NCBI GenBank assembly: GCA_010093995.1
Contig: ML992504.1
Coordinates: 1,226,322-1,267,074, forward strand
Direction: 5' to 3'
DNA from: Elsinoe ampelina
Taxonomy: Eukaryota
Length of the DNA stretch: 40,753 nt
Both the position numbers and the translations under genes were made by a program. The stretch's first letter is position 1. Every line of letters begins with the position of its first letter. The notes beneath the pieces are model-generated. The model was not told the origin of the DNA and ran no database searches. It saw nothing but the letters and a program-made list of their open reading frames with translations. Shown in pieces: positions 1 through 11,086 of this stretch.

Positions 1-1645
1 GTCGATGGTGATGGTGTTGGAGATGGAGTCGGACGTCATTTTGACTTCTTTGGCGACCTCTTGGACAGGGGGTGGAGCATCGGACCCGCTGAGGGTTTCG
101 CCCCAGTAGCCGTTGGTGAGGTCGCCGCCGGATTTCTTGACTCGTTCCATCCAACCGCCAGGCATGAGGGCGGGTTGTGTGGGGTGTTCGAAGCGAAGAT
201 AATCGTTTTCGTGGCTGATCGTTACTCGGTACCAGGGGTTGTTCATCATTCCCAGGACGGACCAGTACCTGGACGTCATTAGCTTTTGTATCATTAGGCA
301 GTAGGTGAACTGACATGTCTCGAGGTTGGACGTTCATCGCTTCGTCCATGCATCGAATGAAAATGTCCTTTGCCTCCTTCAACTCGGCCACCGGAATATC
401 AATCTCCCAGAAGCACCAGCAGAAGCAACTTTCCCGCCATTCCATGTCCAATTTACCATCGAAAAGCATTCTGTCACCTGCTTCCCGATACCGGTCCTCG
501 GCATAATCAATGTTGGCTAATCGCCATGTCTTCCCTTGATCGAGTGTTACCTCGCATCTTGTGATTCTTCTGCCGCCACCACCATATGCATAACCCCGCA
601 CCTTGTAATTATCTTGCGCCCCTACCAAACACAGCTGTTCCTCGTGTGCTGGAAAGGCCGTTGCACTGTTTGGTCCAAGGTCGTAAATGGCATATCGTTC
701 ATCCGTCCACCATTTCACATTGTTCGCCGACTCCTCAGGACTGACCATTGTTGGCAGCACCCTGTTATCGTAGATGTGATACCAGTTATCGCTTGGCTCT
801 TTCGTCACGATGAGTCTCGTCAGCCACTTTACACTCCTGCCTCCGATCTGTCCCGGGATCACAGCCCGGAGAGGCTTTCCGTGATCTGGGGTGAGCATCT
901 CTCCATTCATCTTGTAAGCCAGCATCATGCCTCGGTTCGGGTCCATGACCCAGTTCAGCTTGACTGAGGTGCCATAGTACCCATTCGGCAACTTGTCGGC
1001 ACCCTCCATGCAGACGTAGCGAGCACCACGTAGAGGCTTACACCGCTTGAGAACGTCGAGCATTTGCACACCAGTCCAGAGGGCGGTGGAGACGCCAGAC
1101 GGTCCCCACGAGAAACCTTTCGTCTTCCTTACCACGTTTTGCTCCTTTCGCCGGTTGCCAGCGCAGACCAATGTGATGGGGTAGGTCACTTGAGGATAGT
1201 CCTTGACCAGATCTTTGAATTTGATGGTAATGGGATTCTCGACCATGCCCTCTACCGTGAATGACCAGTCTGGGATCTCGTCGTCTCGGACCTGCGGAAC
1301 GTGGCCGTGATTCCGGACATAGAAAAGCTCGGGGGAAGTGAGGAAGCCCTCATTGAAGAGTTCTGTAAGTGGTGCTTCGACATTGAAAGGATGTACACCA
1401 GTCAGACGAATTAAGCGGGGATCTCTTGGTAGCCAGCCATCTGGGGTCTTTTTATCGATATCTATAACTTCTGTTGGTGGTTTCCGGGGTGCGGGCATGG
1501 GAAAATTTGAGGGTGAAGGCTTCTCGCCATCGCTGTGAATTGATTCTGGTGGTGTTGGAGGGAGGTCGGCTGAATTCCTTCGCAATTGCTGGGACTCTTC
1601 CCTCGTCATTTGTTGTGTATTGGTGGCTGTCGTTGTTGAAGCCAT
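1..1645 (-). CDS. niaD: Assimilatory nitrate reductase (NAD(P)H), 5' part: Moco and dimerisation domains. The gene continues off the left edge. Exons 1645-315 and 268-<1; intron 269-314.
   Basis: Manual translation from ATG 1645 gives MASTTTATN...KKTPDGWLPRDPRLIRLTGVHPFNVE...RCMDEAMNVQPRDM|YWSVLGMMNNPWYRV...LRFEHPTQPALMPGGWMERVK, all typical fungal NR motifs. The 46-nt intron reads GTCAGT..GCTAAT..CAG. The ORF track misses it because the frame has no stop inside the window. Confidence 0.97.
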   Translation of the reverse strand, partial: MASTTTATNTQQMTREESQQLRRNSADLPPTPPESIHSDGEKPSPSNFPMPAPRKPPTEVIDIDKKTPDGWLPRDPRLIRLTGVHPFNVEAPLTELFNEGFLTSPELFYVRNHGHVPQVRDDEIPDWSFTVEGMVENPITIKFKDLVKDYPQVTYPITLVCAGNRRKEQNVVRKTKGFSWGPSGVSTALWTGVQMLDVLKRCKPLRGARYVCMEGADKLPNGYYGTSVKLNWVMDPNRGMMLAYKMNGEMLTPDHGKPLRAVIPGQIGGRSVKWLTRLIVTKEPSDNWYHIYDNRVLPTMVSPEESANNVKWWTDERYAIYDLGPNSATAFPAHEEQLCLVGAQDNYKVRGYAYGGGGRRITRCEVTLDQGKTWRLANIDYAEDRYREAGDRMLFDGKLDMEWRESCFCWCFWEIDIPVAELKEAKDIFIRCMDEAMNVQPRDMSVHLLPNDTKANDVQVLVRPGNDEQPLVPSNDQPRKRLSSLRTPHTTRPHAWRLDGTSQEIRRRPHQRLLGRNPQRVRCSTPCPRGRQRSQNDVRLHLQHHHHR

Positions 1646-2746
1646 TGCTGTTGTTTTGTGAATCGGCCGTGTAGAGTCACTTCACATTCGCCCTCCAGCA
1701 TGCACGACAGTTCAAAAGGCCTAGGAAAGAAAGTCGTAACACACTAAGAATAGGTATGCAATGCGAAGGACAGTACGAAATGAAGTCAGAACCTACACCA
1801 CCCCACAGTCAAGGGTATCGTAAAGTCAGCCAAGGTTCGTCATGGTCGACACGATCAACCAATGGGTCAAATCCAGATTGTGAAGAAAAGCATTTCCGCG
1901 CACGTCACAGGAAACCGCGGAGGTGCCAGGGACGATGCACATGGGTGTGGGGTCAGATTGAGGCTACATGCTCGAGATCCAGCCAGGGCCAAGGAGGGAC
2001 GGTAAGACAGGACAAGAAGGCTGCTGATAAGAGACAAAGAAAGTGTTGAGAAGCCGGGAGAGAAAGAGAAACGACCTTTGCATCGATGATATTCCATACG
2101 GTCGTTGTATGCTTCCCTGTCAATTTCAGGCTCAATGATGCTCGTGAGCATTCACAATGATGCCAATAGCAGAGCATCCACGACGAATGAGCATCCAACC
2201 AAAGGTTCCTTGCCTGCTATAGGACGCCGAGTCGATGCGAGAAAGATGCGGATTCCCAAGATAGCGGCTTATCAGAAGAACCTGCCAAGCTTGTCTCTGA
2301 TTGGTCAGTCTGGACTCCATCTTATCGGTCAACAGCTCAACCAAAGGGGACCCTCTGCTGAAACTCTCTGCAAATCCGAGGAGAAGACAATCCCATCCTC
2401 TGTTTCTTGTGCGTTCGTCATTACACGAACTTTCATTCGTCCATCTACGATGTGCATGCTCCATGGAGATGCACCTCTCCGCGCTGGCGGGACACTTGCC
2501 GCATCCGTGCGTGAGTGGCTGCTCGTGGGGTTGCTATAGCTGTGTCACATGTTGAGGTCAAGTATTTTGCTTTGGCTGATAGTGGTCTATCCTTTGAATG
2601 TCTCAGTCTTTCTTTCCAGCTTGTCTTCTACAGACTTGAGCAAGTTCTCTTTCATTCTTTGCACACCATTGATCACGGCCTCAAGCTAGTAGCGGAAGCC
2701 TAGATCAACTCACTATTCACCTAGCAGGTACTTCAGCACTTGCATC
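1646..2746. promoter_or_regulatory. Bidirectional niaD-niiA promoter with clustered GATA (AreA/NIT2-type) sites
   Basis: 1.1 kb lies between the divergent ATGs. GATA cores: TGATAA 2025, AGATAG 2259, CTTATCA 2268, CTTATC 2321, TGATAG 2577, CTATC 2587. The layout matches the Aspergillus nidulans niiA-niaD intergenic region. Confidence 0.8.
1915..1922 (-). promoter_or_regulatory. NirA (nitrate-specific Zn2Cys6 activator) consensus site CTCCGHGG
   Basis: The + strand reads CCGCGGAG, which is CTCCGCGG on the - strand: an exact match to the A. nidulans NirA consensus, in the expected promoter. Confidence 0.7.
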
Positions 2747-5700
2747 ATGAGCAATAGCGAGTGGAACGATCCGGAGGCCAACGTGCTTCCGGAGAAGGTG
2801 GCGGAGCTGCAGAGGAACAGCGAGATGCCTCGAACCAGCGACAGGAAGCGTGTAGTCGTTGTCGGCCTGGGAATGGTCGGCATCGCTTTCATGTGAGTAG
2901 TTTGCCTGACTAGCGACGATCTTGACTGACACCGGGTAGTGAGAAGCTCCTCAAGCTTGATATCAAGCGCCGCGAGTACGATATCACAGTCATTGGCGAA
3001 GAGCCACACCTGGCATACAACCGAGTCGGCCTTACCAGCTTCTTCCAGCACAGGGCAGTCGAGAATCTATACCTTAATCCGAAAGAGTGGTACGGCTCAA
3101 TGCCAGAAGGCTCGTTGAGCTATCACCTCAATACCCTTGTCACATCTATCGATCCCGCTCGGAAGACGGTCCAGACAGCACAAGGTTCAATCGTCCCATA
3201 CGATATCCTCGTCCTAGCTACTGGTTCAGACGCTCTCCTGCCTCGACACACACCCGGTCACGATGCCAAAGGTGTCTTCGTATACCGGACCATTGACGAT
3301 CTTCAGCGACTGATCGAGTTCTCGGCAACCAAGAAGGGCAAGACCGGCGCCGTGGTTGGAGGAGGTCTGCTCGGTCTGGAAGCCGCCAAGGCTATGATGG
3401 ACTTGGAAGACTTTGGAAAAGTCAAGCTGATCGAGCGTAACCGCTGGGTTTTGAGCAGACAACTGGACGGCGACGCTGGTGGTATGGTCGTAGAGCAAGT
3501 CCGCCAGCTCGGGCTGGACGTTCTGCTCAGCAAAAGAGTCGGGAAGATCGAGACAGATGAGGACAACAACGTTGTTGGCGTCGAGTTCGAGGACGGCGAG
3601 CGCATGGACTGCAGCTGTATCTGCTTTGCCATCGGCATTCGAGCAAGAGACGAACTCGCCCGACAAACAGGCATCAAGTGTGCTGAACGGGGCGGTGGCA
3701 TCATCGTCAACCCAGACCTCAGCACGTCAGAGAAGGACATTTACGCCATCGGCGAGTGTGCCAGCTGGGAAAGCCAGACCTTCGGTCTGATCGCTCCTGG
3801 TGTCGAGATGGCAGATGTCCTCGCCTTCAACCTCACCCAAGCCAAGGCTCACTCCCCTCGATCCTTCAAGCGACCCGACCTCAGTACAAAGCTCAAGCTC
3901 CTCGGCGTCGAGGTCGCCAGCTTCGGAGACTTCTTCGCCGACCGAGACGGTCCCAAGGATGTCCCTCGCCGCACACGAGCCACCCAGAAAGACCCAGCCA
4001 AGATCGCCACAGAAGGCCTCGCGCCACCCCCGGTCAAGGCTCTCACCTACAAAGACCCCTTCAACCAAGTCTACAAGAAATACCTCTTCACCCCCGACGG
4101 CAAATACCTCCTCGGCGGCATGATGATCGGCGACACAAAAGACTACATCAAACTCGTCCCGCTCGTCAAGAACCAAAAAGCCCTCGAAGTGGCCCCCAGC
4201 GAACTCATCCTCGGCGCCACCAAAGGCGACGACGACGGCTCCGACATCACCGACGACACGCAAATCTGCTCCTGCCACAACGTCACCAAAGGCGACGTCG
4301 TCAACTCGATCAAAGACGGCACGTGCAAATCCATCGGCGACGTCAAGTCGTGCACAAAAGCCGGCACGGGCTGCGGAGGCTGCATGCCCCTCGTGCAGAC
4401 GATTTTCAACAAGACAATGTCCGGCATGGGCCAGGAAGTCAAGAACCATCTGTGCCCGCACTTTGAGTACAGCCGCGCGGACCTGTTCAATATCGTCTAC
4501 GTCAAGAAGTTGGAGAATTTCGAGCAGGTCATGGCTGCTGCGGGCAAGGAGGCGGGGAGCGCGGGGTGTGAGGCGTGTAAGCCTGCGATCGGGAGTATCC
4601 TCGCGACGTTGTGGAATAAGCACATCATTGATGTGGAGCACAGGGGACTGCAGGATACGAATGATCGGTTTTTGGCGAATATTCAGCGGAATGGCACGTT
4701 TAGTGTCGTGCCCAGAGTGAGTGGTGGGGAGATTACGGCGGATAAGTTGATTGTCATTGGAACGGTGGCGAAGAAGTTTAACCTGTATTGTAAGATTACG
4801 GGTGGGCAGAGGATTGATATGTTTGGTGCCCGGAAGCAGGATTTGCTGGCGATTTGGACCGAGTTGATCGATGGTGGTATGGAGTCGGGACATGCGTATG
4901 CGAAGTCGTTGAGGACGGTCAAGTCGTGTGTTGGCACGACTTGGTGTCGGTTCGGTATTGGTGATAGTGTGGGCATGGCTGTCAGGTTGGAGGAGAGGTA
5001 CAAGTCGATTCGTGGCCCGCACAAGTTCAAGGGAGGTGTTTCGGGTTGTGTGAGGGAGTGTGCTGAGGCGCAGAACAAGGACTTTGGACTCATCGCTACT
5101 GAGAAGGGCTTCAACATCTTTGTTGGAGGCAACGGAGGAGCAAAACCACGGCACTCGGAGCTTCTTGCCAAAGATGTGCCACCAGACGATGTCATTCCAA
5201 TCCTCGATCGCTACCTGGCATTCTATCTACGGACGGCAGACAAGCTCCAGCGGACGGCGAGATGGATGGAGAACTTGCCTGGAGGCATCAAGTACCTCCG
5301 CGAGGTTGTGCTCGAAGACAAGCTCGGTATCTGCGCGGACCTCGAGAAGCAGATGCAAGATCTCATCGGCTCCTTCTTCTGTGAATGGACGGAGACGATC
5401 AAGAACCCGGCCAAGCGTGCACTTTTCAACCAATTCGCCAACACCGACGAAGGTGTCGAGAACGTGGAGAAGATCACTGAGCGTGGCCAACAGCGACCGA
5501 CGTACTGGACAAACGAGAGCGTCAAGGAAGACTTCAAGGGTACCAAGTGGAGCGCTCTCAGCTGGCAGCCTCTTGCGAAGAAGGACCAATTCAGCGACGC
5601 AAAGACCGGCAGCAGCATCGCCGTCAAGCGAGGCGACACCCAATTGGCTCTCTTCAAGGTCCGCGGCCAGTACTACGCCAGTCAGCAGATGTGCCCGCAC

Positions 5701-6117
5701 AAGCGAGCTTTCGTCCTCTCCGACGGTCTCATCGGTGACGATCTCGCCAAGGGCAAGCTGTGGGTCTCGTGCCCTCTGCACAAGCGCAACTACGAGCTCT
5801 CCGGCCAGGAAGCCGGCAAGTGTGCCAACGACGAGAACGTCAACATTGCTGTGTTCCAGGCAGAAGAGAGGGAGGATGGCATGGTATATGTCAAGCTTCC
5901 GCCCGTCGACGAGCTAGACAATGTACTCGGCACGGAGAAGTTCAAGGTCAAGAAGGAGGAGTCGACTGATCCCTTTGAGAAGCTGGACCAGAAGATGAAG
6001 CTCAAGGGACGAAAGGTTGAGGGTGCATCGCATTTGCCGAACGGGTTGGGTGAGGAGAAGAAGGCGCAGGCGATATTGGCTGGTGGTGAAAGGGGAGCGG
6101 GCGGGTTGGACTGGTAG
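2747..6117 (+). CDS. niiA: NAD(P)H-dependent assimilatory nitrite reductase (siroheme/4Fe-4S, C-terminal Rieske-like domain). Exons 2747-2892 and 2940-6117.
   Basis: ATG 2747 gives [29 protein letters not shown] (FAD-binding) and splices into ORF 3100-6117. Motifs: [23 protein letters not shown]-like clusters, [24 protein letters not shown], and CPHK..CPLH Rieske. The 47-nt intron reads GTGAGT..CTGAC..TAG. Confidence 0.98.
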
Positions 6118-7034
6118 GTACATGTATGGGCATTATGTTGGCAATATGATAGATATGAGTTATGCATCGTTCTTCGAATTCCGAGTACTTCAGGTTGTCA
6201 GTCACACTTCGGAAAGGTAAAACTTATCGAACTGCTCCGGCATCTGGTCGGAATGTTAGTGCAAATACTACCAGGTTTAAGTAGCAAATCTCAAAGTCTA
6301 TCATTCGTGCTGATGCTAGGTTCTGGTAGTAATCCACCACCAGGACTGACGTCCCTCGAGGTGTGACTGACAATCCAAACATCTCGGTACGATAAAGACC
6401 CTCGTCTTCAGTGAAAGAAGAGTGGGGCGAAGGTTCTGGAATGAAGTATGCGGCCGCAGGCACGCACATGGTCCATACAGTCACCGCTATCACCGGATGC
6501 TTTTTCGACTCATTATCTCTGTTTCACGATAAATTGAATTCCATTCAATAACAAATTGTTCAGTGAAGGAATATTGGACAGTTCCATTGTCGGCAAGATC
6601 GATACGGAATAGTGGCTCGTGCCTTGCTGTGGCGTCGTGCTCTCTCAGCCACAATTCGGTGACGTAGCTCTGGTTCTTTGAGGCGCCACGCTCACTTCCA
6701 ATTCCGACGTGGTCACGCAACGAAGAGGTCACTTTGCCTTGTCATATCACACCTCTTGCATTCACCTACGAGCCTTCAAGTCTTATCACGGAATGATACA
6801 CGACCTGCGGAACATCCAACCAAGACACAGATCCGGCGACTAGCATCCAACTCGTTCGATCCCGACCGATCCACAGCCGCCGCGCCCTTGTTGCGTTTTC
6901 CCTGTCCTCAAGTAAAGCTGCCTATCGAAAAGCCCACGCAATCATCGAGCCAAGACTTGGAGGGGGCGAATACAAGGAAGGACTGACTTACCCTTCCATC
7001 AGCGGCCGTGAGCTGCGCATTTCGAATCTACATC

Positions 7035-8486
7035 ATGGACTCCTCGGGCCGACAGAGAGATATTGTCTACTGCCATCAGTGCGAGAATGAGTGGTACAGA
7101 GACGAGCATGGCCTATCATGTCCAAACTGTCACTCTGACTTCTGCGAAGTGGTACGTCTGGATCAAGGCTTCCCATCAGCTCACGCTAACACACGGCAGG
7201 TAGAAGCAGGTCACGACCCACGTGAAGATCATCCCCCGGACCTTCCGCCACGACCAGACGATGCGCCGGATCCAGACGAAGATGACATAGGACGATATGG
7301 TTGGCGGCCAACGCCGAGTGGAGCGTCATTCACATACACGAGTCCAGGATTCCAGCGACAACAGCAGCATGGACAACCAGAACAGCAGGGCGGGCCCGGC
7401 TTTCCCCCCATCATTGGTAGTTTTGCTTCCATGCTAGGAAGTATACTGGGCGGGAGACCTCTACCTACGACTGCTCAGCAGCAACAACATGGTCAGGGTG
7501 GGCCTGGGTCTCCACAAGAACATCACCATGGCACTGGGAGAACATTGGGAGAGGACAATGCATACAGGCCACAATCTGCACCTGGCTCACCAGGCTTAGG
7601 AGGTATGGGTGGTGCACCAGGTGGAGCGAGTGGGACCACAGTCCGCATGGGAGGTGGACCTGGATTTCACTGGAGGATCACAACCACTACAGGCGGAACT
7701 GCAAGCGGACCTGGGTTCCCACGCGATGCCAATGGCCCGCAACCATTCAACGATCCTCATCAGGATCTACAGCCATTCTTGCAGATGATGTTTGGTGGTC
7801 CGCCGGGGCAACACATTGGTGGCCGGCCAGGTGATTCTCTCCATCGCGGAGACCCGTTCGGTCATGGAGGTGATCCAATGGCGATGGGAGGTCCATTCGG
7901 TCCTCTGTTCGCGGGTCTTCTCAATCCAGCCATGATGAGACACGGTGATGGCGTCTACAGTCAGGAGGCCCTCGATCGAATCATATCACAACTCATGGAG
8001 CAGAACGCATCCGGCAACGCTCCTGGACCAGCACCTGCAGAGGCGATTGCATCTCTACCAAAACGAGACATCAACGAGAAGGATCTTGGAAACGAAGGCA
8101 AGGCAGAGTGCTCGATATGCATGGACGAGGTCAAGCTTGGGGATCAAGTCACTGAGCTACCCTGCCACCACTGGTTCCATGGCGACTGCATCAAGGCATG
8201 GCTGGGCGAGCACGATACTTGTCCTCACTGTCGACAAGGCATTATACCAAAGGATGGCCCTGAAGGCTCGAGTCGAGCTCGCAATCCGAACGAGGCTCCA
8301 CGCCACGATCACATGTGGGGTCAAGGTGATGGGTCGCAGACGAACCCATACGTCGTGCCTGAATCACCGAGTCGACCTGGGAACAGAAGGAGACACAGTA
8401 GTACCTCTGGTCCATCAGGTCGCAACAACAGCAATGATGGGCTTTTCAGCCGTATGAGGAATGCATTTGGTGGAGGTGGTGCATGA
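7035..8486 (+). CDS. RING-H2 E3 ubiquitin ligase with an N-terminal zinc ribbon (RNF126/RNF115-like). Probable in-frame 48-nt intron at 7152-7199.
   Basis: YCHQC..CPNC zinc ribbon; DGVYSQEALDRIISQLME; C-terminal CSICMDE..LPCHHWFHGDCIKAWLGEHDTCPHCR. The intron reads GTACGT..GCTAAC..CAG. Confidence 0.92.
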   Translation: MDSSGRQRDIVYCHQCENEWYRDEHGLSCPNCHSDFCEVVRLDQGFPSAHANTRQVEAGHDPREDHPPDLPPRPDDAPDPDEDDIGRYGWRPTPSGASFTYTSPGFQRQQQHGQPEQQGGPGFPPIIGSFASMLGSILGGRPLPTTAQQQQHGQGGPGSPQEHHHGTGRTLGEDNAYRPQSAPGSPGLGGMGGAPGGASGTTVRMGGGPGFHWRITTTTGGTASGPGFPRDANGPQPFNDPHQDLQPFLQMMFGGPPGQHIGGRPGDSLHRGDPFGHGGDPMAMGGPFGPLFAGLLNPAMMRHGDGVYSQEALDRIISQLMEQNASGNAPGPAPAEAIASLPKRDINEKDLGNEGKAECSICMDEVKLGDQVTELPCHHWFHGDCIKAWLGEHDTCPHCRQGIIPKDGPEGSSRARNPNEAPRHDHMWGQGDGSQTNPYVVPESPSRPGNRRRHSSTSGPSGRNNSNDGLFSRMRNAFGGGGA

Positions 8487-8990
8487 GAATGGCAGGTACG
8501 ATGTTGCATACAGTAGAGATACCCTGGATTTTGAACCTTTTCTGTCAACGACGCGATAAGCTGGCGTTCCGACCTTCGCATGGGGGAATCTGTCATGGTA
8601 TAGACCATGAGTATGGAGCGATGTAGATAGCTGGTCAATATCACAATCGTCCCACCTGATACGATAGAGGCTCTGCGGAATGCCTAAAAGGGCCAATGCA
8701 CAATCGATGTCGTCGATGTTTGAGCTCTTTTTCCCCGCGTGTTCATGCCCACTTTGACTTGGCCGCCAGCAGCACGTCCATCCTCTTGAGCAGGCTCTGT
8801 CCAAAGCCACATCCAACTTTGTAAAGCTGTCGCAGTCTGCGACCTCCAATTTACCATTCTTGCAGACGACATTCTCTGTCTTTGACTCTGCGCTTGGTGG
8901 CATCCTCAGAGCTCGACAGTCCTCGTCTGCTCTCCAATTGCTTCACAAACGCGTCCTCACCAAGAGCATCCACCCTCCCATACCTTCAAC

Positions 8991-10933
8991 ATGGTCAAGT
9001 GGGCCAGGCTCTTCGGCCTCGACGACAACAGCCGCAACCGCATCCACGACGAGTCGCGATCCCGTACCTCCCTCCCTCTCCCCCTCTATCCCAAAATACT
9101 GACCCACCCAAAGTCCTCCCCTACTCCCAAAACCACCACATCCCCTCGGCCATCCCCGCCAAAGAAGTCACCAAAATCGCCCTCCGCCTCAAACACCAAA
9201 TCGAAACCGTGATCCCCTGCGAAATCGAAGAAGAACGCATCACCACCGCCCACAGCGGCATCATCACCCCGGCCGTGATCAAGACCGCGCAATCGGCGGG
9301 CAAATTCGGCAGCGGCGAGAACGACTACTCGGCCTGCGTGGTCTTCTGCCTGCTCATCTGCAAAAAATGGTTCAAACGCCAGGCGCTACTCGAGTTGTGG
9401 GACAGCGACATGCATGATGTGAGGGCCGTGGCGTGCGAGGTGATTGCGAAGAGGATCATCGAGGCCGAGGAGGACATTGGGTATTTGTTCCAGGAGATAC
9501 TGCTCAAGCGGTACAGCATTGTTGTGGACGGGGAGGATACGGCGGCCATGAATGTGGTGGAGAAGGCGGTGGATTTGCATGCGCTGAGGGTGATTGGGAG
9601 CAGTGGCTATCAGAAGTGTAATGATTACCTTTGGAGGGGGTGGTTGGTGCAGGATGATGAGGACCCGAGTCGGTTTGTCGAGTATAAGGAGAAGGCGAGC
9701 ACGGATTACTGGGTGCATTTCGATCCGGACAGGATGAGGGTGCCGTTGTATCAGAATGCGTTGCAGATTCTGATCAGTTTGGCGTATCTCGGGTTGTATA
9801 CGGGGGCGATCAGCACGATTAACCAGGATGGAGATCTGGATGTGGTGGAAGGGATACTGTATATCTTCACCGCTGGGTTTCTACTCGATGAGCTGGCCAA
9901 GTTCTGGAAGGTTGGATACTGGCATCTGTCGTTCTGGACGGCCTTCAACCTCACGCTGTACGCACTCCTCACGACCAGCTTCATCACCCGCATGATCGGC
10001 CTCGGTTTCGCCCCTGACACGGACAAGCGCATCAAGTACAACACGCTCAGCTACAATTTCCTCGCCTTTTCCGCGCCCATGTTCTGGGGTCGCCTCCTCC
10101 TCTACCTCGACACATTCCGCTTCTTCGGCGCCATGCTCGTCGTCCTCAAAGTCATGATGCGCGAATCCCTCATCTTTTTCGCCCTGCTCATCGTCGTCCT
10201 CATCGGCTTCGCCCAAGCCTTCATCGGCATGGACCAAGCAGACGACAACGACGTCACGGCGGCATCCTTTGTCTTCCAATCCCTCATCAACGCCATCATG
10301 GGCTCCCCTGAATTCGACGGCTTCGATCGCTTCGCCCCACCCTTTGGGCTCATCCTGTACTATATCTACAACTTCATCATCGCCGTCATCCTCCTCAACA
10401 TCCTCATCGCCCTCTTCAACTCCGCGTATGAAGACATCTACGAAAATGCAATCGACGAGTACATGGCGCTCTTCTCCGCCAAGACGATGCAGTTCGTGCG
10501 CGCCCCCGACGAAAACGTCTTCATCGCACCCTTCAACCTCATCGAGCTGGTCGTGCTCGTCTTGCCCTGCGAATGGTGGATGTCCAAGCCTCTCTACGAA
10601 AAAGTAAACGACTACGTCATGTTTGCCATCTACAGCCCTCTGCTTCTCCTGACAGCGGCGTGGGAGACTCATGTCGCTGTCAAAGTCAAATTCAACAGGA
10701 AGAGGGGAGAGGAGGACGAGGATGTGGTGAATGAGTGGGAGCAGATGGACGGGGAGGTGGATCTGGAGGGCGAAGGGTGGACCAAGGCGGTGGAGAGGAC
10801 GAAGCCGAATGTCGAGGTCGACGCGACGTTGTTGGAGGTGAGGGAGTTGAGGAAGGAGTTGAAGGAGTTGAGGGAGTTGGTGGGGAGGTTGAGCAGGGAG
10901 AATACGCCGGCGGGGGATGGGGAGAGTTCTTAG
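8991..10933 (+). CDS. YVC1: Vacuolar Ca2+-permeable TRP cation channel (Yvc1/TRPY1). Exons 8991-9063 and 9114-10933.
   Basis: ATG 8991 gives MVKWARLFG..; a 50-nt intron (GTACCT..CTGAC..AAG) joins it to ORF 8882-10933. Multiple TM segments; motifs VILLNILIALFNSAY and FVRAPDENVFIAPFNLIE. Confidence 0.93.
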
Positions 10934-11086
10934 TGTGAGTAATCCGAAGGTGCCATCTCGGTCTAGCGAGTCTGTGTATACTGCTTTCTAGCGGATGGGC
11001 GACTGTTTCGCTGGAACTTTGAATACTACCATCGTCCTTTCTCTCTTCTCCTCCACGACACCGACTCCTGACCGACTCGCTCCCTC

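Noticed and set aside
3727..5154. 475-aa minus-strand ORF (also 5227-5781, 3226-3666 and others)
   Set aside because: Antisense shadow of niiA, kept open by biased codon usage; no independent motifs.
9881..10672. 263-aa acidic minus-strand ORF
   Set aside because: Antisense of the C-ending hydrophobic codons of YVC1.
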